Program-made: the position numbers and the translations under genes
Shown here: positions 25,692-37,539 of the stretch, one piece after another
Layout of the letters: each line of letters opens with the position of its first letter
Position numbering within the stretch: the first letter of the stretch is position 1
Assembly: GCA_013265495.1 (NCBI GenBank)
Contig: MU057416.1
Span: forward strand, 986,545 to 1,050,544
Source of the DNA: Vicugna vicugna
Taxonomy: Eukaryota
DNA: 64,000 nucleotides
Direction of reading: 5' to 3'
The notes under the pieces: generated by a model
Told to the model about the DNA's origin: nothing
Seen by the model: the letters and a program-made list of their open reading frames with translations, nothing else
The model's database searches: none

Positions 25692-25845
25692 GGGGAGGGT
25701 GTAGCTCAGCGGTAGAGTGTGTGTCAGCAAGCACAAGGTCCTGGGGTCAATCCTCAGTATCTCCATTAAAAATACGACTCCTACGACTGTCACTAATAAT
25801 AATAAATAAACAAATGAACCTAATTACCTCCCCCAAAATGAAAAA
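25692..25845 (+). mobile_element. tRNA-Ala-derived SINE (Vic-1-like)
   Basis: ggggagggtgtagctcagcggtagag...ggtcctggggtcaatcctcagtatctcca...aacctaattacctcccc, with an extra ~20 bp in the AT-rich linker. Confidence 0.9.
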
Positions 25846-25899
25846 ATTGATTAAAAATACAGAAACTCAGCAAGAATGAGATTTTTAAGTGCACAAGCC

Positions 25900-26420
25900 C
25901 TGAGAAAACGGGGCTGCGATGCAACGCGCCTCCTTTCACAGCTGGGCTGAGAAGAGCGGGTCTGGTGCACGTGCTGCGTGACCAACGCCTCCGACGTTCC
26001 CCCCGCGAGCCGCGCGGGACGCGCGCGTCCTCAGCTGCCCTCGCCCAGTGCGTCTCTCGGGGACGGCCCCCGCCTGTTCTTCCCCTCTGTGCCTTCTTCC
26101 CAGGCCTGTGGCAGGAGTTGGGGGCGCGGTTTATGCCCATCCCCATGCAAGACGCCACAGCCTCTCCCCTGAAGGGCGGCGAAACGACCGTGGGGTCTGC
26201 TTCCACTCGCCCGCCAACCGCTCTCTCGTCCCAGGTCTCGGGTGTCGGCCTGCGCGGCGGGACGCTAGGTGCGCCCCTCAGAGAAGCAGGTGGCAGGCGT
26301 GGCTGATGGACAGGGGCGCTCCGGGTGCCGGAGACTCGCCCCTCCGGCCGCTCTGTCCGGCACAAAGCGCGTCCCTCCCTCGGGGCGCTGCCCGGCCGCC
26401 CGCACAGGCAGCGCGCTGAC
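25900..26420. promoter_or_regulatory. CpG/GC-rich patch
   Basis: Dense CpG (cgcgagccgcgcgggacgcgcgcg). No recognisable exon. Confidence 0.5.
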
Positions 26421-26660
26421 TCCGTTTTCTGCATGAGCTGCTGTGAACGCACTTGTCTCAACTGGTGATTACTGATCACGCCTCTCTGAGGTTTACTCTT
26501 CTCAGTTTTGTTAAAAGAGCCGAATAGGATGCCAAGGAAGCAACTTTCTCTTAAATTAGAGGGACAGTTAATTCACCTCTTCGTGTGCTTACGCACAAAA
26601 CTTCCGGCTTCAGGGGAAAATCCTACAGAAGCAAGGCCTTAACTGTATGTGATCACCAGA

Positions 26661-26710
26661 GAAGAGAGAGAAAGAGAGAGATTGAGAGAGAGAGAGAGAG
26701 GGAGAGAGAT
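26661..26710. repeat. (GA)n microsatellite, imperfect
   Basis: Read directly. Confidence 0.9.
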
Positions 26711-27639
26711 TTTATTCCCCGTGGGAATAAAGACTGGCCCTGATGGTCCAATCACAGCCCCACCGCTGAGCCTCCCCTCCCTCTCGATTCCATCCTCCAG
26801 GCATGTTTCTTCCTGTGGTTCCTCAAAGATGCCAGGCCTCTTCCCATCATGGCTGGATCCCCCCTCCCCCCCAAGACTTTTGTTTCTCAGGAAAAGTTAC
26901 CTGCATCCTCTAGTGCCCATGGCAAAGACCCATCGGCCTCTTTAAGTCTCCGGCTTGTCTTCTCCACACAGGAGGCCTGCCAGCCCCAGCCCCAAAACCG
27001 ATCTCAGTGCCCCCTCTTCTCTGGCACCACCGTCATCGGCCCTCCTGTGTCTCCGTTTTCACTCTCGCTGCCCTACTCTGCTCACCGCAGCCAGGGTGGC
27101 TTTTGGAAGCACTATGTCCATGTACACAAACAGCTCCTACAACTTCATAACCAAAAATCCAAAAATGGTCAGAAGACCACCCTGTTATCCTCTGTTCTGC
27201 AACTTTTATCCCGACATGAGTGGGAAAGTGTCCTGCCCTAGAGGTCAGCGCCTTGAGAAGGGGCTCTCCTGTAGCTTCCTGGCTCCAGGCAACTTTCTTT
27301 TGGAAAAGGTGCAGAACCAGCGCGACGCAGCCCAGGAAGCAGAGGCCAGGGTGAGAGTTAAGGGGACAGACCTTGGAGCCAGATTCGTTCTTGCCTATTC
27401 GGGTACCGCTTTGCAGAGACGTGCATCTCTTGCTGGGTCTCTAAGACACTCTGATAAACTGACAAACCAATTCCCCTGTCTTCAGTCCCTCAGCGCTAAA
27501 TTAGAGTAATGTTCCTCCGATTTCACCGGTTTTATATGCACTTGTGTGTGTGTGTGTGTGTGTAGCTACATGCAGTTTTATCACATGTGCAAATTCATGT
27601 AATCACTATCACAATCAAAACCCCAAACAGCAAAGTCTG

Positions 27640-28080
27640 CAGGTGCACAGCAAAGCGATCCAGTCACACAGACACATGTTCTTCTTCAGACTCTTTTCCA
27701 TGATAGGTAATTACAAGATATCAAATACAGTTCCCTGTGCTCTGCAGTAGGTCTTGTTGCTTACCTATTTTATATACAGTAGTATGTATTTGTTAATCCC
27801 AAATTCTTAATTTATCCCTCCCCACCCTTTCCCTTTTGGTAGCCATAACTTTGTTTTCTATGTCTATACACACACACACACACAAATTACTCAGCCATAA
27901 AAAAGGGGAAAATAATGCCATTGGCAGCAACAAGGATGGACCTAGAGATGCTTATATTAAGAGAAGTCAGTCAGACAGAGAAAGACAAATATATGATATC
28001 ACTTCTACATGGAACCTAAAAAAATTAAACAAGTGAACTTATTTACAAAACAGAAACAGTCTCATAGACAGAAAACAAAG
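27640..28080. mobile_element. L1 3' region with 5' inversion (minus 27640-27868, plus 27886-28080)
   Basis: Two contiguous parts of the L1 3' end in opposite orientation, separated by (CA)n. Confidence 0.85.
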
Positions 28081-28264
28081 GTGTGATCTAAGGCAAAGTA
28101 TGGGCAACAGAGAAAACATGGCCTTAGGTGTCCCAGGCTGAGGGGAAATACCCCAATCTGTCTGTGCATTGTGATCAAGACAAGAAAGACAGCACAATGG
28201 ACCCCACCACTGGGGACAACCCATTACTGGTTGTACCAAGAACCTGCAACATACTTGGTGGAAC

Positions 28265-28560
28265 ATCAATCATTCGCTCAATAAAATTTGTTGAGTACCT
28301 ATTACGGGCCATGGATTGTGATAAGCCCCAGAATGCAAAGCGAAATAGAACTTGGTCCCTGCGCGGGAGGTGATCACAGGATAGTGGGGGTGGGGGACAT
28401 GCAATGCCTACATGGGATAATTAAACATTTGTGACCAGAGAACAAGAACGTTGTGAAAGCACTGAAGAGAAAGTCTTAGGGCGCACAGAGTTGGGCTGGG
28501 GCATCCGTGAGTGCCTGAAAGAATATTTGAATTGGATCTTGAAGGATGGGTAAGAGTGTT
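28265..28560 (-). mobile_element. L2 fragment
   Basis: tcattcgctcaataaaatttgttgagtacctattacgggcc...atttgaattggatcttgaaggatgggtaag. Confidence 0.7.
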
Positions 28561-30519
28561 AGGAGAAAAAGACGGATGCATTGGGAGAGGAGCAGGCGGG
28601 ACAAAGCCATCCCATGTCAGGGCGTGTCCTTATCTTTGTTACTTAAAAGACAGTATTATCTACCCATCTTCCACATGTGGAATGTGCCTCTGACAGCCAG
28701 AATTCTCTGTTTTACTGGATGTGGCTCAACAGAAAAGAATTCTGCACTAATTAAAAATTGTGACAACACTATGACTCTGGAGTACATTATCTCAAACTTC
28801 ACTTTGTGTACCCAAAATGTTCTAACCACTGGACATGAGCATAACTCTTCTGCTTAATATCACCCAATCTCCGTTTTATCAGGCAAGTTTGCCTCCACCA
28901 GCCTTCCCCCGTGTGCTTTCTGCCCTGGGTGTAGAAACTTCCCTTCACTGCTGAGACTGGCCACATCCCACGGTCTCAGTTTGAGTGTCCTCGCTGACCA
29001 CTCCAATTAAGAAAGCTGCTTTTATCATTATCATCATCATTACCATCATTACCTTTATTTGCGACATGCCAAGAACTGTATTACGCTGTGAGCAGGAACG
29101 AGAGGTCCCCCTCCCTGGACCTCTAGTAAAGGAACTGACAGTGTCATTGAGGAGACAGACATCAAAATTATGACCCAGCAAAATGTTGGCAGAATAGTAC
29201 TTCTGTCTCCTCCAAAGGGTGCCCCACAGAGGCTGGGGGCGCACTGACTAAGACTCTGGGCGGGATTTGCTTCCCCGCACTTTCAGTGTCCTCTTTGACA
29301 CACAGTATCTAGGAAGCCTCCTAAAATAAAAGTGTCAGCTGAGTTCAGAAGAGAAGCTTGTCCCTCAAGTGTCAGACTGCTCCAGAAGAGGCGAGTCTGA
29401 ACAGACTGCATCCAGGAGGGTGTTGTGTGCGCTGTATTAGAGGGAGGGGTCGGAAGGATGAGGTGGGTAGGGACCAGATACAAAACGTGCCTTTCTCACA
29501 ATTTTGCATTCTTTCATAATAAAATTTGTAGCTATTTTAAAAGGTAGAATGAATTTACCCTATGGATAAATAACCAGTTACTTGTATATGAAAGGTACAG
29601 GCAGCTGCTATCAATCAGAATTTACAATATTTAACCACAAGGAAAACCGTTCAGAAGTAGGAAAAAGCAGCTGGAGAACCACACGCAGGACAATCTCCAT
29701 CCAGAGGCAGGAAGACAGGAAGGAAAGAAATACATCTCAGTGGTGCTGGTGGTGAGCGATCAGCAAGGCACGTTGCTTTTTAAAATTTCTGCAACGAGGG
29801 AGCTTTACTCCAGTACTCGGAGAAATAACAAAACTTATCTAAATGGGGCAGGGGGAGATTCTCTCTGATATCCATCCTTACGGCAGCTGCATGAGTTTTA
29901 GGGTACGCCATCTCGCCCAGTCACCGCTGCCGTGCTGAACGATTTAGGCTGCTTCGCCCCCGGGCAGGGGTTCTGCTCCTGGCTCCCCCTCCCGCCCCCA
30001 TCACGTGCCAGGGAGCGGCGAGCCGAGGACCGGTGCCCTGCGGACTCACTATCTTGCCTGGAACGCGCACCATGAACCCCACCACTCATGGTCAAGATGG
30101 GAACGGATACTCAGGCTCACGGGTTCCAATGACATGATGAAATACACCGAGGGGACGATGGAGCTGGACAGAATGTTCCCAAGCCTTCAGAACAGAAGGA
30201 CATTCCAAAAATGAGTTTCTTTTTACTTGAATGGGTTACTTATTTTTCTGCATTTGATATGAATCAGAGGACAGGGGACTCTCTCAATCACAAGATTAGA
30301 AAAGTTTGGCGATCTGATGGAATTATCGTATGACAGCCACTTAAAAAATTTAAATATCTAATGGAAAAGAGTTATTGTACCTAAATTTCTCTCAGAACTA
30401 CACAAAAACTAGAGCTATAAGGTAGCATTTGATGCCCACGTTTAAGGAATGAGCTAAAATTGTCTTGAGTGGTTTTAATCATTTTTAATAACTACTTCTC
30501 TGTGTAATACAGACACTTG

Positions 30520-30690
30520 TATATACACACACACACACCATGCATACATATACACACACTACTCATATATACACACATACACAGATATATACACATGCAC
30601 ACACAGGGATACACAAATATTTACATATATACACCCACACACGTAAACATACGCACACGTAGACATACATACACAGATACACATGTATAT
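30520..30690. repeat. Degenerate (CA/TA)n low-complexity tract
   Basis: Read directly. Confidence 0.9.
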
Positions 30691-30759
30691 GAACTGAACA
30701 CGTGCGCACTGCCAGCCTTCTACCTGCGTTGTCTTTTTCACAGGACCAGGCGAAGAGCA

Positions 30760-31300
30760 CCAGCACCTGCCCGGCAAACACCTCCAGGAGCCGCCCCCCC
30801 ACCCCTGTGCGCGCAGGTCCTCCCGCACCACCCACGCTAACGGCGCAGGCGGGGCCCCGCCCATGCCCTCCGCGGCGTCCAACCTGCTGCCGTCACCGAC
30901 GTCCCCGCTTCACTTTGTCGCGGCCCACTCGCGTGCCGGAGCCGGAGGGTCCGGGAGGACGTGCGGGGCGGTGGCCACGCTGACAAGGTCCGGTGCGCCA
31001 CCGGACCCCGCGGTAACCTCGGCTGCGCGGTGCCCGGAAGCAGGTCCTCAGCGCTCCTCACGTCTGCTGGGGTCCGGATCTGCGCAGGGACTCGCCGCGT
31101 TCCGAGTACGGAGACGCAGAGCGCGCGGGGGGCCTGGCCACGCTTGTCAGCTGTCCTAATGATCATCGGTGGAGCCTTCTTCAGGCAAAGGGCCGGCACA
31201 AACGTGGCCAAGTCAGGCATGGAAGCGGGGCGGACGCAAGTGAGGCCCCCCGCCCCCCAGCCGAGGGGAGCTGCGGGGACTCCGCAGAGGAGCGACGTGC
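30760..31300. promoter_or_regulatory. CpG/GC-rich patch
   Basis: Dense CpG with GC boxes (ccccgccc, gggcgg). Confidence 0.5.
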
Positions 31301-33040
31301 CCACCTCTAAACGGAACATCTCCCACAATTTCAAGACAGTGAAGGTGACTGAAACCTCCGGTCCCGTTTACAGTAACTGCGGAGCCGCATGGTTCTCCTG
31401 CCGTGTTACGCTTCGTTTGAAAACACGCAGTGTTGCGGCGCCTTCGGTTTTTAAACTAAGAACAAGTAACACTGCTGTGCCTCACGTGTTGTCTGAATGT
31501 TCAGCTACGCGCATGCTTTCCCACTTGACGCGAGCTCTTCCTTCAGAAGCTGGAATTTGGAATCACTAAAGGGCAAGGAACGAGGAGTGTATTTTCCCCA
31601 ACCGCTCCAGCCTCGGTGTCACCCCCCCCCAACATCCACTGGTTGCTCAGCTGGGCCGACTTTAGTCTGATTATTTGAGATCTGTGACTGCTAGGGACAA
31701 GAAAAATGGCGTGAATTAAGGGGGCATGAAATGAGTTTTGAAAGAATCCATAAGGGAGCCTAATTCTCTAGCGCTTAAACAAGAAAAAACCCAACGTGAC
31801 CTACAGTCTTTAAAAAAAGAAAACTTCTTTTCTGTTTCTGTTTTTTGTTTTGTTTTAGGGATTTTTCTCTTTAAATTCCGCACTGCCTATCTTTAAAATG
31901 CAGAACAACAATTCGTGTCCTCTGCCAGATCTCATTTTCTAAGAATCGTCAAGTTTATTATCCTGTTTCTTAAGCCCAGAAATGAGAAAAGAGTCGCTTT
32001 GATGTTTGGTTGGTTGGTTTTCTTCTTTTTTAATTTTTTTACTTTCTAGTATCTGTCGGGAAACAGCGCCACGATAAAAACGACAAACAGGAACTCCACA
32101 CCTGACCACAGCAACAACAAATCTTGGTTCCGAACACCACACAGTCGGCTGACCCATTTTCCCCCGGCAGCAGCTGCAGGGCTCACTCGGCGCGCTCTGC
32201 CTGCCTTAGCAATGAGTGCGCTGCTGTTAATAGGAAGCGATGAGGAAAATCAATTTGGGGCAGACACATTTTTTCAAGGATGTAACAGGAAGAGACAGGA
32301 AGCCCAGGAAGATACTTGATAGACATTCAACTCCGCAGAAAGGAGGAAGCAGCGTGTTGAAGCGCTGGTTATTTTGAGTTGTCGGACGGAAACGGGACAC
32401 AGGCGGAGAGGACGCAGAGAGGCTGAGTTTGGTCGCATAGCAACGCGGAGGCGCGACACCCCCGCACAGCGCTGACATCTGTCTGCACGAAGGACAGGGA
32501 GGACGCCGGGTTAAAGAATGCTTGAGGCCCCGTAGTCCTCCTCGTGGTCATACAGAAATCATTCTATGACTATTTCAGTATTACTTCCAAGAGCTGATTT
32601 TAACACATGAGGTGTGATGCCTCGTGCCTCCACCCTGACTTGCACTAGACTCCTGGCTTTGGACCAAGCATTTGCCTCAAAACTGTCAACTTACAGGTTG
32701 GTGAAGTGCGTAGTGTTTACGATCTTTGGGAGACAGAATTTGGCCCTATAAGTTCGTGTCCAGTAAAAATCGGTGGTCAGTGAAACCTCCCAGCTATTTA
32801 TACTCTGAGGGAGCAAGGCTGTACCTAGAATGATTAGGGCTGGGGCTTTGCTGAATTTCAGATGGGAGACGGGGTGTCTGGTCAGAAGGGACACGGCACA
32901 GCATAGAGGAGGCAGAAAAGGTCAGATCTGGTCCTGGGGAAACATGCACACCCAGTACCCAGCCCCAACCACACGGGGGTCTCAGCCTCTGCTGATCCCT
33001 CCACCAACGTTCTTCAAGGGGTCCTCAGGTGGAGGGAGCA

Positions 33041-33110
33041 GCTGGGGCCGGCTGGACGGGCTGGGGCTGGATGGACCGGCTGGGGCTGGCTGGACTGGCT
33101 GGGGCTGGCC
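33041..33110. repeat. G-rich 19-bp minisatellite (GCTGGGGCTGGCTGGACNG), about 3.7 copies
   Basis: gctggggccggctggacgg|gctggggctggatggaccg|gctggggctggctggactg|gctggggctggcc. Confidence 0.9.
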
Positions 33111-34027
33111 AGAGCTTCCTGGCACAGAACCCTAGCCCACACTGGGAACTTATGAATTCTATGTCTTAAACTTAGACAATATCAGCAAGTGACAGTATAA
33201 AAAAAAATTAGTCAATTAGCTTGAAGACAAATCGATGGGGTGGGGCGACCCATGCGGAGGGGAGTGAGGCTACTCAGCCCCTCCCTCCTGCCTGTGAATT
33301 CCCCAGAGGACCTCCTGGGGGGCAGCAACCACAGACCGCAGCTCAGGCAGCAGTGTTTCTTTCTTAGGAAGCCCTGCGGGAAATGTGCAAAGTGGACAGT
33401 CTTTCCTTTCAGGACAGGAAGTGCTCTCCAGAAGTCATGTCAATTTCCTGCTGCCAAAGACTATCAGCCCGTGGCTCACTCCGCGTCTATAGAAATGGAA
33501 TAAACTGCTTCCTTCCCTCCACCCCTGACGCACCCCAAGCCTGCCCTTTTTCCAGCCCACAGAACAATCAGGCAACACTCGTCCCAGGACCGAGCCACTG
33601 TGGCTCCTCTAACACCAGTCGACAGGCACATCCTTGCTTCTCTCCCACAAAGGGCCCAGCCGAGGGGATGAAAGATCCGTGTTCACCCACCAGGACACCA
33701 TGACATTATTTCAGGGGAAATCATGGTCCCTTCCCAAAAAAAGGGGGACCCACTCCATAGAAATCTTCACTTGGGTGATGCCCAAAGCGGACCCTCGTCC
33801 CCTAGTCTGCTCTGGAGGAGAGATTTTTTGATCGCTCATGGGGGAGAAACCTCGAGGAGAACACCAAGGAATTAAGAGGGGCATGCCAACGCCGACCTGG
33901 GAAAGGATGAGAAGCAGGAATAAGCATCGGTCTAGGCCCCACTGTCACCCTCCCCTGCACAATGTCTTGTTGTGTCATCACTGTTTCCTGAATGTTAACT
34001 TTGCTCACAGGGACATTACGGATGAAC

Positions 34028-34230
34028 AGTGTGGTTAAGAGCATGGGCTGTGTGGTCAGGATACGGGTTCAGTTCCAGAATTCTCACGGCCTTTGGGCTC
34101 TCTCACCTGTAAATCGGGGATGATCACAGCAAGCACCTCACAGGGTAGAGGATTCAGAAAAACAGTGCACCCAAAACACGTGCACACTAAGCATACACAC
34201 ACGGTGAGCGCGCATTAAATATTAGCAATA
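34028..34230 (+). mobile_element. MIR
   Basis: agtgtggttaagagcatgggctgtg...tctcacctgtaaatcggggatgat...cacctcacagggt...taaatattagc. Confidence 0.75.
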
Positions 34231-34649
34231 GGCATTTTGCAAACCAGTTTTGGCAGATGAAGGGAAGGCCCTTAAAAGATCTGAGTCCATACACCTGATC
34301 TAAGGTGATGCATAAGATGTGTTGATCTCTGCGAAAGAAAATGGGGAAAATAATGTTCCTCAGTGAAATATCAGAAAATCAAGATGTGATTTTTTTTAAA
34401 TTGAAGCATAATTGATTTACAATATTGTGTTAGTATCGAGTGTTCAGTAAAGTGAACTCTAACTTTTGATTAAGAATAAATTTTCAAAATTTGCAGTTTA
34501 ATTTTCAATATGTAGACACAATTACTAATCAATATAAACATAGGCACTTAAAAATCACAAGTATGTAACCTGGTTACCTCCCCCCCAAAATAAACTAGTT
34601 AATTGAACAATAAAAATAAAATATTTTAAAAATAAAAGTTAAAAGTTGG

Positions 34650-34774
34650 GTTTTCTTCATTTTGGGGGGCTGATAACTAGGTGTATTTACTGTTTTAAAC
34701 AGAGGCACTGGGGGTTGATCCCAGGGCCTCGTGCATTTCAAGCACACGCTCTGCCACTGAGCTACACCTGCCCC
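34650..34774 (-). mobile_element. tRNA-Ala-derived SINE (Vic-1-like)
   Basis: gaggcactgggggttgatcccagggcctcgtgcatttcaagcacacgctctgccactgagctacacctgcccc, flanked by TAAAAGTTG on both sides. Confidence 0.88.
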
Positions 34775-35094
34775 TAAAAGTTGATTTATTGTAACAGGCA
34801 TTTCCGTTGATGTGGACGCTCAGCCAGAGGAACTTGGATCAAGATTTCTTACGTGTATTAAGTTTTTAAGCGATGGACCAGACTTGTGGAGAGGTGGGTG
34901 CCTCTCAGGTGTGAAGGAGAGACGGACACCTCTTCCCACGCCCTGTTCCAATCTGTGCTTGGTAAATTACACATTTTTATTCCCCTGGCGTTCCAAAGGG
35001 TGACTTGAAAAGTTACTCTTTTTCATGCATATTTGAGACTTGTTCATGACAAGCTCCCCATACATACGTGATACTTCTAGACTTTTTTCTTTTA

Positions 35095-35216
35095 AGTTTT
35101 CTTGGGGGTAATTAGGTTTATTTATTTATTTATTACTTAATGGAGGTCCTGGGGATTGAACCCAGAGCCTTGTGCATGCTAAGCACGTGCTCTGTCACTG
35201 GGCTATGCCCTCCCCA
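35095..35216 (-). mobile_element. tRNA-Ala-derived SINE (Vic-1-like)
   Basis: gggggtaattaggtttatt...ggaggtcctggggattgaacccagagccttgtgcatgctaagcacgtgctctgtcactgggctatgccctcccc. Confidence 0.9.
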
Positions 35217-36489
35217 CTAAAGACATAATTTGCAGCCCAGTTTTTTTAAGTCAGTGTAAACATGTTTCCGCACTGGGCAATCTAGGGGATTCAGATGCGG
35301 CATTTGCTTAAAGTCCTCACCTTTACCACCTCCCTCAGTCCCCGCGCCGAGGTAGGCAGTCATCTAGGAAAGCAAAGGTGTCTCGTCCCGTTGGCTGAGA
35401 GTAAAGTCCTGCCTGGGCTGACTGGTGAATAGAGGGCGTCTGTGCTAAAGCGCGCGCCCCGTGCCTGCGCGAAAGGCCTCCTGTCCTGACACCGCCAGTC
35501 AGGAGCATGGCGCCCTAACCGCTGCCACGGGAAGGCGTTTTGGTTACACTGAAAGGCTTTTCCCCCATCACAGGGCTCTACCTGCATGAATAGCCCAGTG
35601 TCGCCGGGATTGAACACAACGTGGAAAGAAACAGGCTTCGTTCACTCAGCCAGTCATGTTTTTAAAGTATGGATTTGATGCCAGAGCCACCAACCCAGGC
35701 TCTAAGATGTGATATTTGAAATGTTGATCGTCTATAGCACCCAATTTGTTTAAAAATATCAAAACATGAAAATTAAAAACATGAAACATTAAAGTTAGAC
35801 CATGAGAACATTAAAGTATGATTCCTTTAAATGAGCAGGAAAACTAGTCCACTGAAAAACCTAAACTATCATTATTGGCTACTAAAGGTAAAGGCTGTGT
35901 GGAATTTTATTTTTAAATTTTTTTAATTGAAGTTGATTTCCCATGTTAGTTTCTGGTGCACAACAAAGTGATTCAGCTACGTATATGTACATATACATTA
36001 TTTTCCATTATGGTTTAGTATAAGATTATTTTATTGCCATTTGCTGATACTAACATTTTATTTGGCACGTACTTGCCAGAGCAGAAGGGGGCAAAAATAA
36101 GATAAATGCAAACATCACACAGAAGGCAAAATTACAGTAAGTTTATAAGTGCAAGAAAGACGAAAACACTTACTTACTGAACACAGAGCCAAAAAACAGG
36201 TGTTTATGGCTTATTTGAAGTAATGACAATTTTACCAGCAAAAGATCAAACGCCAAAAAAACCCTCCCTGAATATTAATTACATTGCACATAACCGTCAC
36301 TTTTACATTCATAGAATGCTGCACGGCTCTTTTCAGTTAACTCACATAACGATTCTCTGAGGTCAGCTGGGGACAAGGCTTATCACCCCCATTTTGCAGA
36401 TGAAATACATTAGCTAAAGCCATGCTGACTCCCTTCAATCATATCTGCCACCCGGCTCTGTAACACACACTTTAAAGACACCAGACTAC

Positions 36490-36578
36490 GGGGGGAGCAC
36501 ATGGCTAGACCTAATTACCTCCCCCTCCAAAACAAACAAACAAACAAACAGACAAGACAAACAAAACAAAACAAAAAA
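36490..36578 (+). mobile_element. SINE with most of the tRNA body deleted
   Basis: gggggagcacatggct joined directly to agacctaattacctcccc and an (AAAC)n tail. TSD-like ACACCAGACT / ACACTAGACT. Confidence 0.65.
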
Positions 36579-36863
36579 ACACTAGACTCTCGTTCTTTTA
36601 GGAAGAAGATTTATAGTCTACATTATTGACTAATATTAAGAAAATAACTCGTATGATAAAAGGAATTGTAGGGAAATATGACAATGGATTTATTGGTACA
36701 TTTCTTTAATAACAATTTTTAGAACACCTGCTCTCCACTCTTGTTTTTATCCTATATCATAGTCACCATTATACTAAGTCTTAAAATGCATAAACGCCTA
36801 TTGCAGGCCATTGAATATAGTTCCCTGTGCTGTACAGGAAGACCTCGTTGTTTGCTATGCTTA

Positions 36864-36958
36864 ATTTTTATTTTAATTTTTTAAATGGAGGCACTGGGGA
36901 TTGAGCCCAGGACCTCGGGTAAAGCACACACTCTACCACTGACCGATACCCTCCCTCC
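36864..36958 (-). mobile_element. tRNA-Ala-derived SINE (Vic-1-like), partial
   Basis: atggaggcactggggattgagcccaggacctcg...ctctaccactgaccgataccctccc. Confidence 0.85.
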
Positions 36959-37139
36959 TCCCGCTATACTGAATTTTAACCGTGGGATGGACGGACTCGT
37001 GTGTGTGTGTGTGTGTGTGTGCGTGCGTGCGCGTGCAGAGGAGAATAAAGAATTGGGGGATGGACAAGGGAAAGGAAGAGGAAGAGGAGAGAGATGGGGA
37101 GGAAACGTAGCGGGAAGTGTGGAGCGTCTGGGCCCAGGT

Positions 37140-37335
37140 CAGAGCACCGGCTTCCGTGCGAGTCCTGGCTCTGCCCGTTACAAGGCGCGGGACGCGGTGC
37201 AGGTCACTGTGAACTCCCAGCGCCAGAGTTTCCTCCTTTGTAGTGGGAGCGACTGTTCCCACTTAGCAAGGCTGCGTGGACACCCCTCATCTCAGCGCCT
37301 GGCCCAAAGAAGATGCTCGGCCAACAACAGCCACC
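37140..37335 (+). mobile_element. MIR, strongly GC-shifted
   Basis: gagtcctggctctgcccgttac...gtttcctcctttgtagtggg...cagcgcctggcccaaagaagatgctc is collinear with the MIR consensus. Confidence 0.65.
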
Positions 37336-37539
37336 ACCGTCCTTCTACGGCCCTGCGTGCCTGAGCGCATCCTCCTCTCGAAACCGGGGTCCATCCTCCT
37401 CCGGAGGAGCCGCAGGCCGTCTTCTGCACGCGGGGCACCTCCGCATGAACATGCTCCTTCCGCCCACAAATACTCTTCAAATAAAAAAACTCACGTTTAC
37501 CTCAGACATGAAAACACTTTTCCCTGCACATTCCGGGAC

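Noticed and set aside
27170..27400. Possible ERV LTR fragment next to a short L1 ORF2 piece
   Set aside because: Only an impression of LTR-like text; termini and TSD not identifiable.
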